From assembly GCA_036563805.1 (NCBI GenBank), contig DATCLS010000102.1, positions 67,903 through 131,902 on the forward strand: 64,000 nt of DNA, given 5' to 3'. This DNA comes from Acidimicrobiales bacterium. GTDB lineage: Bacteria; Actinomycetota; Acidimicrobiia; Acidimicrobiales; VFJN01. This document shows, piece after piece, positions 41,343-50,461 of the stretch; the stretch's first letter is position 1, and each line of letters begins with the position of its first letter. The notes beneath the pieces are model-generated. The model was not told the origin of the DNA. It searched no databases and saw only the letters and a program-made list of their open reading frames with translations. The position numbers were made by a program, and so were the translations under genes.

Positions 41343-41873
41343 GTGCTCGCCGAGCTGACCGACCTGGTCAACGGCGACGGCCGCGACGGCGGGCCCGACG
41401 TCCTCGCCTCGCTGGACTCGCTCGTCGCGTTCCTCGACGCGCACGAGATCAGCGGCTCGCGCCCCACCACCGAGTCCGAGCTGCGGGCCGTGCGGCGGCT
41501 GCGGTCCCGCCTGCGCGGCGTGTTCGAGCGGGCGGCGGCCGGCGACCGCGACGCGGTGGTGGCCGAGATCAACGCGCTGATCGCCGAGGCCAAGGCCGTC
41601 CCCTACCTCATCGAGCACGACGGCAACCCGCTGCACCTGCACTACACCCCGCTCGACGCCCCCGTGCACCACCGGATGGGCGCCGAGATGGCGATCGCCC
41701 TCGCCATCGTCGTGCGCGACGGCGGGCTCGAGCGCCTGCGGGTGTGCGCGGCGCCGGGCTGCGGCAACGTGGTCGTCGACCTGTCGCGCAACCGGTCCCG
41801 GCTGTACTGCGGCGCCCAGTGCGCCAACCGCCAGCACGTCGCCGCCTACCGGCGGCGTCGGGCCTCGTCCTGA
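41343..41873 (+). CDS. CGNR zinc-finger / ABATE-domain protein
   Basis: The C-terminal zf-CGNR-like motif is CAAPGCGNVVVDLSRNRSRLYCGAQCANRQHVAAYR. GTG 41343 is preferred because the track start 41265 would overlap the divergent EamA start. Confidence 0.7.
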   Translation: MLAELTDLVNGDGRDGGPDVLASLDSLVAFLDAHEISGSRPTTESELRAVRRLRSRLRGVFERAAAGDRDAVVAEINALIAEAKAVPYLIEHDGNPLHLHYTPLDAPVHHRMGAEMAIALAIVVRDGGLERLRVCAAPGCGNVVVDLSRNRSRLYCGAQCANRQHVAAYRRRRASS

Positions 41874-41952
41874 CGGGCCCCGGCCTGGCGGCGCGGCTCG
41901 GTTGCCGGGCCGGGCCTCCGGTTCGGGCGGCCCGGCTTGAGCTCGCCGGCAG

Positions 41953-42828
41953 CTACTCGGGTTCGGGTGGGCGGCCGCCGATCGCCTTGGTGACGGTGGC
42001 GGCCGCGTCGAGCAGGCGCTCCCCCAGCTCGGGCACCTGGTCGGCCGCGGTCTGGCCCGGCAGGTCGAACAGGGTGAGGGCCAGCTCGACGTTGCCCTCG
42101 GGCCCGAACACCGGCGCCGCCACCATCGACAGCCGGTACGAGTGGGCCGGCTCGAGCTCGAGCAGCAGGTAGTCCTGCCGCCCGAGCTCGCCCAGCACCT
42201 CGCCGATCGGGCGGTCGCCCTCGGCCAGGGCCCGCTCCAGCAGGACCCGGGCGTCGGCCTCCAGCGACACCGCGTAGCCCCGGCGCCGGACGGCGGCCAG
42301 GGCCCGGCGGTAGCGCTCGAGGTCGTCCTCGCTGGCCTCGGGCCCCAGGCGGCGCAGCCACCGGTCGATCACCGCCGGCGAGGCCCAGGCCAGGAACACG
42401 GTGCCGACCGGCGGGGTCAGGGGCACCCGCTGGCCCGGGTGGACGTGCACGCCGAGCGGGCGGGCCGCCCCGGCCACGGCCAAGAGGACGATCTCGTCGC
42501 CCCGCACGGCGCTGGCCACGACCTGGACGTCGAGGTCGTCGGCCAGCCGGCGCATCTCGCCCCGGGCGTAGTCGACCAGCTCGAGCTGCCGGGCCGCGGC
42601 GGCGCCGGCGACCGCCACCAGGCCGGGCCCCAGCGTGTACGTCTTGTCCAGCGGGTGCCGCAGCAGCCACGCCTTCTCGGTCAGCGACGCCAGCAGCGCG
42701 TGGGCGGTCGCCTTGTTGAGGTCGAGCCGCCGGCACACCTCCGTGAGCGAGAACCCCCGCTCCGGGTGGGCGGCCAGCAGCTCGATCACCGCCACCACGC
42801 GGTCCACCGACGGCGACGACCGGGACAT
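41953..42828 (-). CDS. IclR-family transcriptional regulator
   Basis: 291 aa from ATG 42828. The HTH reads FSLTEVCRRLDLNKATAHALLASL, followed by an IclR effector domain. Confidence 0.85.
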   Translation of the reverse strand: MSRSSPSVDRVVAVIELLAAHPERGFSLTEVCRRLDLNKATAHALLASLTEKAWLLRHPLDKTYTLGPGLVAVAGAAAARQLELVDYARGEMRRLADDLDVQVVASAVRGDEIVLLAVAGAARPLGVHVHPGQRVPLTPPVGTVFLAWASPAVIDRWLRRLGPEASEDDLERYRRALAAVRRRGYAVSLEADARVLLERALAEGDRPIGEVLGELGRQDYLLLELEPAHSYRLSMVAAPVFGPEGNVELALTLFDLPGQTAADQVPELGERLLDAAATVTKAIGGRPPEPE

Positions 42829-43889
42829 CAGCCGGCTCCGGCCCCGCTCCCGTCGTCGGCGCCCGGGCCGGCCGCGCCCACGGCCGTCGCCACCGCCCCG
42901 CCGAAGGCGGCGGCCAGCGCCGCGTGCCCCTCGTCGCCGGGGTGGATGCCGTCGGGCAGCTGGTCGGCCGTGAGCAGCGGCCCGCCCCGCACGAGCGTGA
43001 GCCGGGCGTCGCCGGCCGCCTGCCGGGCCTCGACCACCTCCTCGATGGCGGCGCGCAGGTCGACCAGCGTCGCTCCCAGCCGGTTGGGCGTCTCCTCGGC
43101 GTCGGGCCGCACCACCGGGCTGCCGACCACGATCGGCGTCTCGGGGTGTCCCTGGCGGAGGATGTCGAGGAAGGCGGCCAGGTTGGCCCGCATCTGGTCC
43201 ACGCTGTGGGGGATGCGGGTCCAGCAGTTGGTGCCGTGGGTGACCGAGACGACGTCGGCCGGCAGGGCCGCCAGCTGCTCGGCCGAGGCGATCTCGCCCC
43301 GCGCCGAGCCGGCGTAGCCGAGGTTGACCACGTCGAGCCCCCACCGGCGGGCGGCGACGGCGGGCCACGCCCGCCCGGGGCCGCTGGCCACCCAGCCCTC
43401 GGCGATCGAGTCGCCGTAGCACAGCCACCGGGGGCCGGCCGGGGCCGCCTCCAGGGAGCCGTCGACGGCCCGCACGGCGTGGAGGCGGGGCCGCATGCCC
43501 TCGGGCACGTGGACGGTCACGGTGCCGGCGGTCGACCCGGGCAGCGCCAGGCGCACGGTCGACACCCCGTCGGCGAGCACGGCCGGCTGCTCGTCCAGCA
43601 GGTCGTCCCCGCGCCAGGCGGTGAACGTCGTGCCCGCCCCCGCCCCCCGGTAGCCGAGGTCGTCGGTGGCGCAGGTGTAGTCGACCTCGACGGCCTCGGC
43701 GTCGCCCACCAGCTCGAGCCGGACCCCGACGGGGAGCAGCGCCGTGCCCCACGTGTCGGCGGGCAGGCGGGCGGCGTCGGCCGGATCGGCGCGGGGGTAC
43801 GGCACCTCGTCCGTCCCCGGCCAGGCGGCGCCCCGCAGGGCCTTGGCGAGATCCACATCGGTGCCGCTGGTGCCGCTGGTGCTGCTCAC
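42828..43889 (-). CDS. SGNH/GDSL-family hydrolase
   Basis: Motifs are CYGDSIAEG (block I), GTN (block III) and DGIHPGDEGH (block V). Its stop overlaps the IclR start by 1 nt. Confidence 0.8.
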   Translation of the reverse strand: MSSTSGTSGTDVDLAKALRGAAWPGTDEVPYPRADPADAARLPADTWGTALLPVGVRLELVGDAEAVEVDYTCATDDLGYRGAGAGTTFTAWRGDDLLDEQPAVLADGVSTVRLALPGSTAGTVTVHVPEGMRPRLHAVRAVDGSLEAAPAGPRWLCYGDSIAEGWVASGPGRAWPAVAARRWGLDVVNLGYAGSARGEIASAEQLAALPADVVSVTHGTNCWTRIPHSVDQMRANLAAFLDILRQGHPETPIVVGSPVVRPDAEETPNRLGATLVDLRAAIEEVVEARQAAGDARLTLVRGGPLLTADQLPDGIHPGDEGHAALAAAFGGAVATAVGAAGPGADDGSGAGAG

Positions 43890-44695
43890 GACGCCTCCTC
43901 CGGCAGCGGATAGGGGAACTTGGCGGCGACGCCGCCGTCGACCACGAGCGTCTGCCCGTTGACGTAGCCGGCCAGGTCACTGGCCAGGAACAGCAGCGCG
44001 GCGGCGATGTCGGCCGGCAGCGCCACCCGGCGGAGCGGCGCGTTGTCGCTGTTCTGGCGGCGGCCCTCCTCGCCCAGGTAGGCGGACACCCGGGGCGTCC
44101 ACACCACGCCGGGGGCGACGGCGTTGGCCCGGATCCCGAGCGGGCCCAGCTCCAGCGCGGCCGACCGCACCAGGCTCATGAGCCCGGCCTTGAAGGCGCC
44201 GTACGCCGCGTGCTGGGGCGCGCCGGTCAGCCCCGAGACCGAGGCGACGAACACCATGGCGCCGCCCGAGCCGGCGGCCATCCGCCGGCCCAGCACCTGC
44301 ATGGCCAGCCAGGCGTGGCGCAGGCAGATGTCGTGCTCCCACTCCCACAGCTCGTCGCTGGTGTGGAGCAGCGACGAGTACTGCGCCATGCCGATGATGT
44401 CGACCAGGCCGTCGACCCGTCCGCCGAGGGCGGCCGCGGCGTCGTCGCCCAGGCGCTCCACCTCGGCCCGCTGGGTGGCGTCGCCAGCCCAGGCGGTGCC
44501 GCCGACCTCCTCGGCGATGTCGGCCGCCAGGTCGGGGTCCTTGTCCACCAGCACCAGGCGGGCGCCGGCTTGGGACAGGGCGTGGCTCGCCTGGCGGCCG
44601 ATCCCCTGCCCGGCACCGATCACGACGAACCCCCGACCGTCGAGGCGGAGCAGCCCCGGGTAGTCGGGGACCGCCGTGTCGTCGGTGCGGGTCAC
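43886..44695 (-). CDS. Short-chain dehydrogenase/reductase
   Basis: 269 aa from GTG 44695 with VIGAGQGIGR and YGAFK (YxxxK). GTGA overlaps occur at both ends. Confidence 0.85.
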   Translation of the reverse strand: MTRTDDTAVPDYPGLLRLDGRGFVVIGAGQGIGRQASHALSQAGARLVLVDKDPDLAADIAEEVGGTAWAGDATQRAEVERLGDDAAAALGGRVDGLVDIIGMAQYSSLLHTSDELWEWEHDICLRHAWLAMQVLGRRMAAGSGGAMVFVASVSGLTGAPQHAAYGAFKAGLMSLVRSAALELGPLGIRANAVAPGVVWTPRVSAYLGEEGRRQNSDNAPLRRVALPADIAAALLFLASDLAGYVNGQTLVVDGGVAAKFPYPLPEEAS

Positions 44696-45879
44696 GACGA
44701 CGCGCTCCCGGCGGGGCTGCCGGCCGCGCCGGTTGCGGCGCCGGCGGGCACCGTGCGGGCGCTGACCGCGACCTCGCGCTTGCGCAGCTCGGGGATGATC
44801 TCGGTGCCCAGCAGCTCGATCGTCTTCATGATCGACTCGTGGCTCAGGTAGCCGAACTGCACGTAGCACAGCAGCTGGTCGACGCCGAGCTCCTCGTAGC
44901 GCAGCATCTTGCGCAGGCACTCCTCGGGGTCGCCGACGATGATCATGTCGGCGTCCGCGAACTCGTGGGGGTCGAAGTCACCCTGCATCTGGCGCTCCAG
45001 CAGTGGGAAGGCCGCCTGGGCCTCCTCCGGGGGCAGGTTGGGGAACTCCCACTCGATCGTGAACTCGGCCAGGTTCTTGTACCACCACCACAGCGAGTCC
45101 CAGATCCCGTTGGCCTCACACTCGGCCATCGACTCGGCGCAGTGGACGAGCGTGTAGGCGGCGACCCGGTTGTTGACGACGCGGGTGATGGGCTCGGGCT
45201 CGGCGATGGCCGCACGGTACTGCTCGATGGCTGACGCCATCGCCTCCAGCGGCTGCATGATCGAGAACGACAGCAGGCCGAGGCCGTAACGGCCGGCCAG
45301 CTCGGCGGAGCCGGCGCTGGTGGCAGCCATCCAGGCGGGCGGGTGGGGGTCCTGCACCGGCTTGGGCGTGACCATGCGCCGGGGGAAGTCGAGGTACTTG
45401 CCGTGGAACTCGAAGTACTCCGACTCCCACATGCTGACGATGGCCTCGATGGCCTCCTTGGCCTGGGCCCGGCTCTCCTCGCGGTCGACGCCGAACGCGG
45501 TCTGCTCCATCGGTGTGGAGCGGCCCGTGCCCCACTCGACCCGGCCGCCGGACAGGATGTCGGCCGTCGCCACCTTCTCGGCCACCCGCATCGGCGGGCC
45601 GAAGCCGTGGGGCACGAGCGTGACGCCGAAGCCGAGGCGGATCTGCTCGGTGATCTGCGACAGCGCGCCGATCAGCACCTCGGGGGCCGGGCAGTGCGAC
45701 CGGCCCTCGCGGAAGTGGTGCTCGACGTGCCACGTCGTGTGGAAGCCGAGCTTGTCGGCCAGGCGGATCTGCTCCAGGGCCTCCCGGTAGGACTTCTGCT
45801 CGGCCCGGCGCTGGCCCCACGGGTGGGTGCCCTCCCACGGCTTGGGCACGTCGATCTCGTACAGCAGGTCGAGCTTCAC
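44692..45879 (-). CDS. Luciferase-like (LLM-class) flavin-dependent monooxygenase
   Basis: 395 aa from GTG 45879, after a GGAGGAGG RBS. The TIM-barrel LLM pattern is present (HVEHHF, GRVEWGTGRS, PKPVQDPHPP). Confidence 0.8.
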   Translation of the reverse strand: MKLDLLYEIDVPKPWEGTHPWGQRRAEQKSYREALEQIRLADKLGFHTTWHVEHHFREGRSHCPAPEVLIGALSQITEQIRLGFGVTLVPHGFGPPMRVAEKVATADILSGGRVEWGTGRSTPMEQTAFGVDREESRAQAKEAIEAIVSMWESEYFEFHGKYLDFPRRMVTPKPVQDPHPPAWMAATSAGSAELAGRYGLGLLSFSIMQPLEAMASAIEQYRAAIAEPEPITRVVNNRVAAYTLVHCAESMAECEANGIWDSLWWWYKNLAEFTIEWEFPNLPPEEAQAAFPLLERQMQGDFDPHEFADADMIIVGDPEECLRKMLRYEELGVDQLLCYVQFGYLSHESIMKTIELLGTEIIPELRKREVAVSARTVPAGAATGAAGSPAGSASS

Positions 45880-45915
45880 CGGCTCCCCCTCCTCCGGTCG
45901 TGGTTCGCCGTCATG

Positions 45916-45950
45916 GTTCGAAATAGCGAACCTAGTTCTATATCTCGAAC
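45916..45950. promoter_or_regulatory. Two adjacent GTTC-N8-GAAC dyads
   Basis: GTTCGAAATAGCGAAC (45916-45931) and GTTCTATATCTCGAAC (45935-45950), plus an extra GGTTCG at 45902-45907. They lie 37-71 nt upstream of the LLM start. Confidence 0.45.
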
Positions 45951-46283
45951 AGTGTCGTGCCTGGCGGGGCCGTGCGCAAGCTGTTCCGGCGACGGGCGCC
46001 GCACTCGCCCTCGGCCGGGCGCGGCGCCCCCGGTCGGCCACCTGAGCGGTGGCCTCGATCGTCAGCCCCCCGCCCCACGCGGCCGGCGAGCAGATCGGTG
46101 CGGGAGGCGGCCCGGCCGACGCCGCCCGGCGAGCCCGCGCTCCGCCGCCCGGCTTCGGCCGCTTGCGCCCAGGTCGGCGGCGAGTCGATGGGCCACGACG
46201 TCGGGGGTGAGCTCGGCGCGGGCCCGGTGGGTCGTCGACGATCGGCGCCCGGCCTCCCGGGCGCGGGCGGGGTGGGGCCGGCA

Positions 46284-46330
46284 GCCGATCGGCCTCGGGC
46301 CTGCCGCCGCAGGCCCGAGGCGCGATCGGC
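46284..46330. terminator. Long GC hairpin downstream of S1 protease gene
   Basis: The inner stem is CCTCGGGCCTGC-cgcc-GCAGGCCCGAGG (12 bp). It is extended by outer GCCGATCG/CGATCGGC pairing with small bulges. It lies ~40 nt after the stop at 46371. Confidence 0.4.
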
Positions 46331-46370
46331 CGGGCCGCCGCATGGCGGTCGTGACGAGTGGAGCGAGGGG

Positions 46371-47168
46371 TCAGACGGTGCGGAGGGCGACCGGGAAGCC
46401 GTCGGCGGCGGCGTCGGCCAGCATCCCCTGGAGCGAGACACCGCCCTCGCCGGCGGTGATGACGGTCAGCGCGTCCTCGACCGCCCCCACGCCCAGCGTG
46501 TTGACGATGCCGAGCGCCCGGTTGCCGTCGGTGATGTCGCCGACCGGGCCGCCGGAGTCGCCGGGCGTCACCGCCCCGATCACGTAGTGCTGGGTGCCGT
46601 CGTTGTAGTTGAGCACGCCGACCCGGCTCTCCTGGGTGAGCGGCAGCAGATGGAACCCGAGCCCGTGGCCGGAGAACTGGATCAGGTCCCCGGCGCCGGC
46701 CGACCCGGTGGTGGACACGCCGGTCGGGAACTCGGGGTGGCCCTTCATCGCCGGGCTCACCAGGCCGCGGTGCTCGGGCCGGACCTCGATGAACGCGTAG
46801 TCGAGGTCGTCGTCGACGTAGGCGACGTCGCCGAACGTGAGGATCGGGTCGCCGGAGGTGCCGGCGGCCAGCGCCACGTCCTGCCCCACGCCGCTCACGC
46901 AGTGGCCGGCCGTGCCGGCGAACACCCGACCGGCGTTGGGGCCGGTGCCGTCGTAGATCCAGTTCAGGGTGCAGTAGGAGCCGCCCATCGTGATCGACGC
47001 CCCCGGCTGGATCACCGCCTGCGGGGCCGCCTGCGCCGCCCGGCCCCCCGTGGCCTCCGCCACGCTCGCCTCCCGCGCCGCTCCGGCGGCGCCCGCCGCC
47101 CCGGCGTCGACCACCATCGTGGCGGCCGCGACCGCCGCCAACATCACCGCACCTCGCACCCGTCGCAC
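46371..47168 (-). CDS. Secreted S1 (chymotrypsin-fold) serine protease
   Basis: It has a signal-like N-terminus and the catalytic motifs TAGHC, DYAF and GDSGGPV. A GGGGGAGAG RBS precedes GTG 47168. Confidence 0.8.
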   Translation of the reverse strand: MRRVRGAVMLAAVAAATMVVDAGAAGAAGAAREASVAEATGGRAAQAAPQAVIQPGASITMGGSYCTLNWIYDGTGPNAGRVFAGTAGHCVSGVGQDVALAAGTSGDPILTFGDVAYVDDDLDYAFIEVRPEHRGLVSPAMKGHPEFPTGVSTTGSAGAGDLIQFSGHGLGFHLLPLTQESRVGVLNYNDGTQHYVIGAVTPGDSGGPVGDITDGNRALGIVNTLGVGAVEDALTVITAGEGGVSLQGMLADAAADGFPVALRTV

Positions 47169-47285
47169 CCGGCTCTCCCCCCTGGGCTCCGTTCAGTTAG
47201 GCGTCATGTTTGCGACTGCGACCGTAATCGATGTTCTTGGCGGTGTGTCCCCACTCTCAGAGATCCACCGCTCCCAGAGACGCCT

Positions 47286-47675
47286 CTAGAGATCGGCGGT
47301 GGCGGCGGCCGCCACGACCGGGTCGTACCACTCGCGGGTGAGGCAGACCCGGCCGTCCCGGAACCGCCACAGGCCCACGTACGTGTTCGCGTACGGACGC
47401 CCGGTCGGCACGACCCGGCCCTCGCTCGTGTACTCGGCCACCAGGTCGCCGCCGGCCAGCTCGTGGACCGCGGTGAGCGCCAGCTCGAACCGGAACACCT
47501 CGAACGCCCGGCGCAGGTACTCCTGCACCGCCGCCCGGCCCTCGACCCGTACGGGATCGGGCTTGGCGAACGGCAGCTCGAGCACGTGGTCGTCGGTGTA
47601 CAGCTCGTCGAGGGCGGCCACGTCGGCGGCGCCCAGTGCCGCGAAGACGCGGCGCAGCACGTCGGTGTTGGTCAT
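47286..47675 (-). CDS. SnoaL/NTF2-like small protein
   Basis: 129 aa from ATG 47675. The start overlaps the stop of the upstream membrane-protein gene (ATGA). Confidence 0.7.
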   Translation of the reverse strand: MTNTDVLRRVFAALGAADVAALDELYTDDHVLELPFAKPDPVRVEGRAAVQEYLRRAFEVFRFELALTAVHELAGGDLVAEYTSEGRVVPTGRPYANTYVGLWRFRDGRVCLTREWYDPVVAAAATADL

Positions 47676-49735
47676 GCCCCGGAGTCTTGCGGAGCGGTGA
47701 GGAACACGGCGGTCTCCAGCGGCAGCGCGCCCAGCCGCTGCATGTCGGCGACGGCTGCGTCCGGGACCCGGGGGTCGGCCGCGGCGGCCATGAGGTTCTC
47801 GTCGACCAGCGGCACGACGTCGCCAGCGCCCGCCGCCCGCAGCTGGCGGGCGATGTCGGCGCGCAGGCGCCGGGCCTCGGCCTCCTCGGCCGGGGTCGGA
47901 GCGGCGGCGGCCACCTCCACCGCCGCGGGGTCGGCCCGCCACAGAGCCAGCGCCGGCCCGGACACGATCGTGAGCTCGGCCGTCGCCTCGCCGGGCGTCA
48001 GGGTGCGGAACGGCCGGACGCCGACCCGGTGGCCCTCCCCCAGCCCGGCCCGGAACCCGTGCCGCTCCAGTGCGACCACCAGCCCGTAGCCGGTCGACCC
48101 TGGGACCCGGGGGTCGACCCAGTCGACGAGGTAACGGCCCTCGCCCGCCGCGTCGCGCCGCTCGAGGGCGGTGACGGCCTCGTCGGCCAGCTCCCCCATC
48201 ACCCGGGAGGCCTCCGGCGTCGCCACCTCGCTGCCGGCGGCGTCGACCGTGGCGGCGGCTCCGGTCACGGCCAGGGCGGTGGCCAGCGCCGCGGCCGCCC
48301 ACCGGGGCCGGCCGGGGGCCCGGGACCGGGCGGCGGACGGCAGCTCGGTGGCGGAGGCGCCGGAGGCCGCCGGCGGCTGAGCGGCGGACGGCAGCTCGGC
48401 GGCGGATTCGGCGGCCCGGCCCCGGACCGCCACGGCCACCGTCCACCCGATGGCCAGGAGCGCCAGCGCCGTGGTCCCCCACCCCCACAGCACCAGGTAG
48501 TCCCAGAGCCGGCCGCTGATCCGGCTGACCGACACCAGCCCGCCGGCCAAGGCCACGCCGACGACGCCGTGCAGGCGGACCAGCTCGGCGTGGCGGAACC
48601 GCCACGCGCCGACGGCGGCCGCCAGCCAGGCGGCCAGCACCGTCGCCCCGGGCACGACCGAGCCCGCGACCCCGATGCGGCCGGCGGCGAGGCGGATCGG
48701 GTCGAGCCGGACGAGCCAGGCCTCCAGCGCGGCCCCCGCCGCCACCCGGGCCTCGACCGGGTGGCGCAGGCTCTCGACCACGATGGCGGCGTTGCCGGGG
48801 TGATCGGTCAGCTGCTCGACCAGCGGCGGCAGCCACAGCAGGGCCAGCAGCCCGGCGGCCCCGGCCGCCCACCGCCACCCGACGCCCCCGCCGGTCGCCC
48901 CACCGCCACCGGGGGCGTGGCGGGGCGAGCGGAGGCGGGCACGCACCGCCGGGAGGACGAGGGCGGCGAGCACGGCTCCGCCGACGGCGGCCACCAGCCC
49001 GGCGTAGGGCAGGTGGGTCTGGGCGCAGAAGCTGCCGGCGACGACCGCCACGGGCAGCGCCCACCGGTCGCCGCACAGCGCCGACCAGCCGGCCAGCAGG
49101 TACGCCGGCCACCACAGCACGGGCAGGTACGGGTTCCAGGGCAGGGTCAGCACCTCGACCCCGTAGCCGTGCACCAGCGCGGCGAGCATCAGGCCCACGG
49201 CCAGGACCAGCCCGGTCCCGCCCCGGCGGCGGGCCAGCGCCAGGGCCACGCCGGCAGCGACCACATGCAGCAGCGCCCCGGCCGCCTGCAGCGCCCACGG
49301 GTCGGCGCCCAGCAGCCGGTAGGTGGGGGCCATGGCCCAGAAGCTGAGCGGGCCCGGGTGGCTGCCCGCCTCCCCGAAGGCGTGGAAGCGCCCCGGGAGC
49401 CCGACCAGCGGCGGGCGCCGGCTGAACACGTCGCGCACCCGCAGCTCGGTCTGGGCATGGTCGAGCAGCGGGTGCCAGGCCGGGTGCCGCTGGGCGGCCA
49501 GCGCCACCACGACCGGCACGGCCACGGCGAGCGCCGCCGCCACCGCCGCCCACGCCGCCCGCGCCGCCGGCTCGGTCCGGACCCCGCCTGCGGCCCCGAA
49601 CGCGGCGGTGCCCCGGCCGTTGCTGCCGGCCGCGCCAGCCGGTCGAGCCAATCCGACCGCCCCGACCGTCCCGGGCGGCCCGACGGCCCCGCGCCGGCCG
49701 GCCCCGCCGGCGGATGTCGATCCGACGTGCCCCAC
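47672..49735 (-). CDS. Large polytopic membrane protein with C-terminal soluble domain, function unknown
   Basis: 687-aa ORF with many hydrophobic segments in the first ~430 aa and a ~230-aa non-membrane C-terminal region. The start is uncertain because the N-terminal ~60 aa are Gly/Ala-rich. Confidence 0.55.
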   Translation of the reverse strand: MGHVGSTSAGGAGRRGAVGPPGTVGAVGLARPAGAAGSNGRGTAAFGAAGGVRTEPAARAAWAAVAAALAVAVPVVVALAAQRHPAWHPLLDHAQTELRVRDVFSRRPPLVGLPGRFHAFGEAGSHPGPLSFWAMAPTYRLLGADPWALQAAGALLHVVAAGVALALARRRGGTGLVLAVGLMLAALVHGYGVEVLTLPWNPYLPVLWWPAYLLAGWSALCGDRWALPVAVVAGSFCAQTHLPYAGLVAAVGGAVLAALVLPAVRARLRSPRHAPGGGGATGGGVGWRWAAGAAGLLALLWLPPLVEQLTDHPGNAAIVVESLRHPVEARVAAGAALEAWLVRLDPIRLAAGRIGVAGSVVPGATVLAAWLAAAVGAWRFRHAELVRLHGVVGVALAGGLVSVSRISGRLWDYLVLWGWGTTALALLAIGWTVAVAVRGRAAESAAELPSAAQPPAASGASATELPSAARSRAPGRPRWAAAALATALAVTGAAATVDAAGSEVATPEASRVMGELADEAVTALERRDAAGEGRYLVDWVDPRVPGSTGYGLVVALERHGFRAGLGEGHRVGVRPFRTLTPGEATAELTIVSGPALALWRADPAAVEVAAAAPTPAEEAEARRLRADIARQLRAAGAGDVVPLVDENLMAAAADPRVPDAAVADMQRLGALPLETAVFLTAPQDSGA

Positions 49736-49790
49736 GTTCCCCAGACCTCGCCGCGCACCCTAGTGGCTGCCGGCCCGCGACGATGGGGGT

Positions 49791-50414
49791 GTGCCTGCCC
49801 CGAACCGGGTGACGCCGTTCGGCGAGATCGTCGCCCTCGACCAGCGGGGATCGTTCATGGGCAACCGCGGCTGCATCCACCGCGCGCCCTACGAGATCGC
49901 CCGGCCCTGGCAGGTCCGGCGGTGGATCACCTGCCGGCTGTCGTACAAGGACTGGGTGGCGCCCCGGTGGGAGCCCAACCGGTGGACGGCCCTGTTCTTC
50001 TGGGACGAGGCGGTCGCCCTGGCCGCCGGCCACCGCCCGTGCGCCCTGTGCCGCCGGCCCGACTACGAGGTCTGGCTGGCGGCGTGGCGGACCGCGTTCG
50101 GCACCTCCTCCTCAGCGGACGCCATGGACCGCCGGCTGCACACCGACCGACTCGTCGGGCGCACCCAGCGGCGGCACGCCCGCCCCTGGGCCGACGTGCC
50201 GCCCGGCGCCTTCGTCGCCGTCGGCGACGCCGACACCGCGGCGCTCGTCCTCCGCGACCGCCTGGTCCCCTGGTCGCCGGCCGGCTACGGACCCCCGCTC
50301 GACCGCCCGGCCCGCGGCGACGCCACCGTCCTCACGCCCCGGGCCACGGTCGAGGTCCTGCGCGCCGGCTACCGCCCCGCGCTCCACCCCACCGCCGGGG
50401 CCGACGGGTCCTAG
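49791..50414 (+). CDS. Hypothetical protein (Cys-containing, no recognised family)
   Basis: 207-aa ORF with coding-like composition (GNRGCIH, CALCRRPDYEVW). It is divergent from the membrane-protein gene. Confidence 0.5.
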   Translation: MPAPNRVTPFGEIVALDQRGSFMGNRGCIHRAPYEIARPWQVRRWITCRLSYKDWVAPRWEPNRWTALFFWDEAVALAAGHRPCALCRRPDYEVWLAAWRTAFGTSSSADAMDRRLHTDRLVGRTQRRHARPWADVPPGAFVAVGDADTAALVLRDRLVPWSPAGYGPPLDRPARGDATVLTPRATVEVLRAGYRPALHPTAGADGS

Positions 50415-50461
50415 GGGCCGCCGGGCGACCGACAGGCGCCACGGCCGACGCCGCCCGACCC

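Noticed and set aside
46062-46343. A 93-aa minus-strand ORF in the long intergenic region.
   Set aside because: Its composition is Arg/Pro/Gly-dominated, it overlaps the terminator-like hairpin, and it has no motif or RBS.
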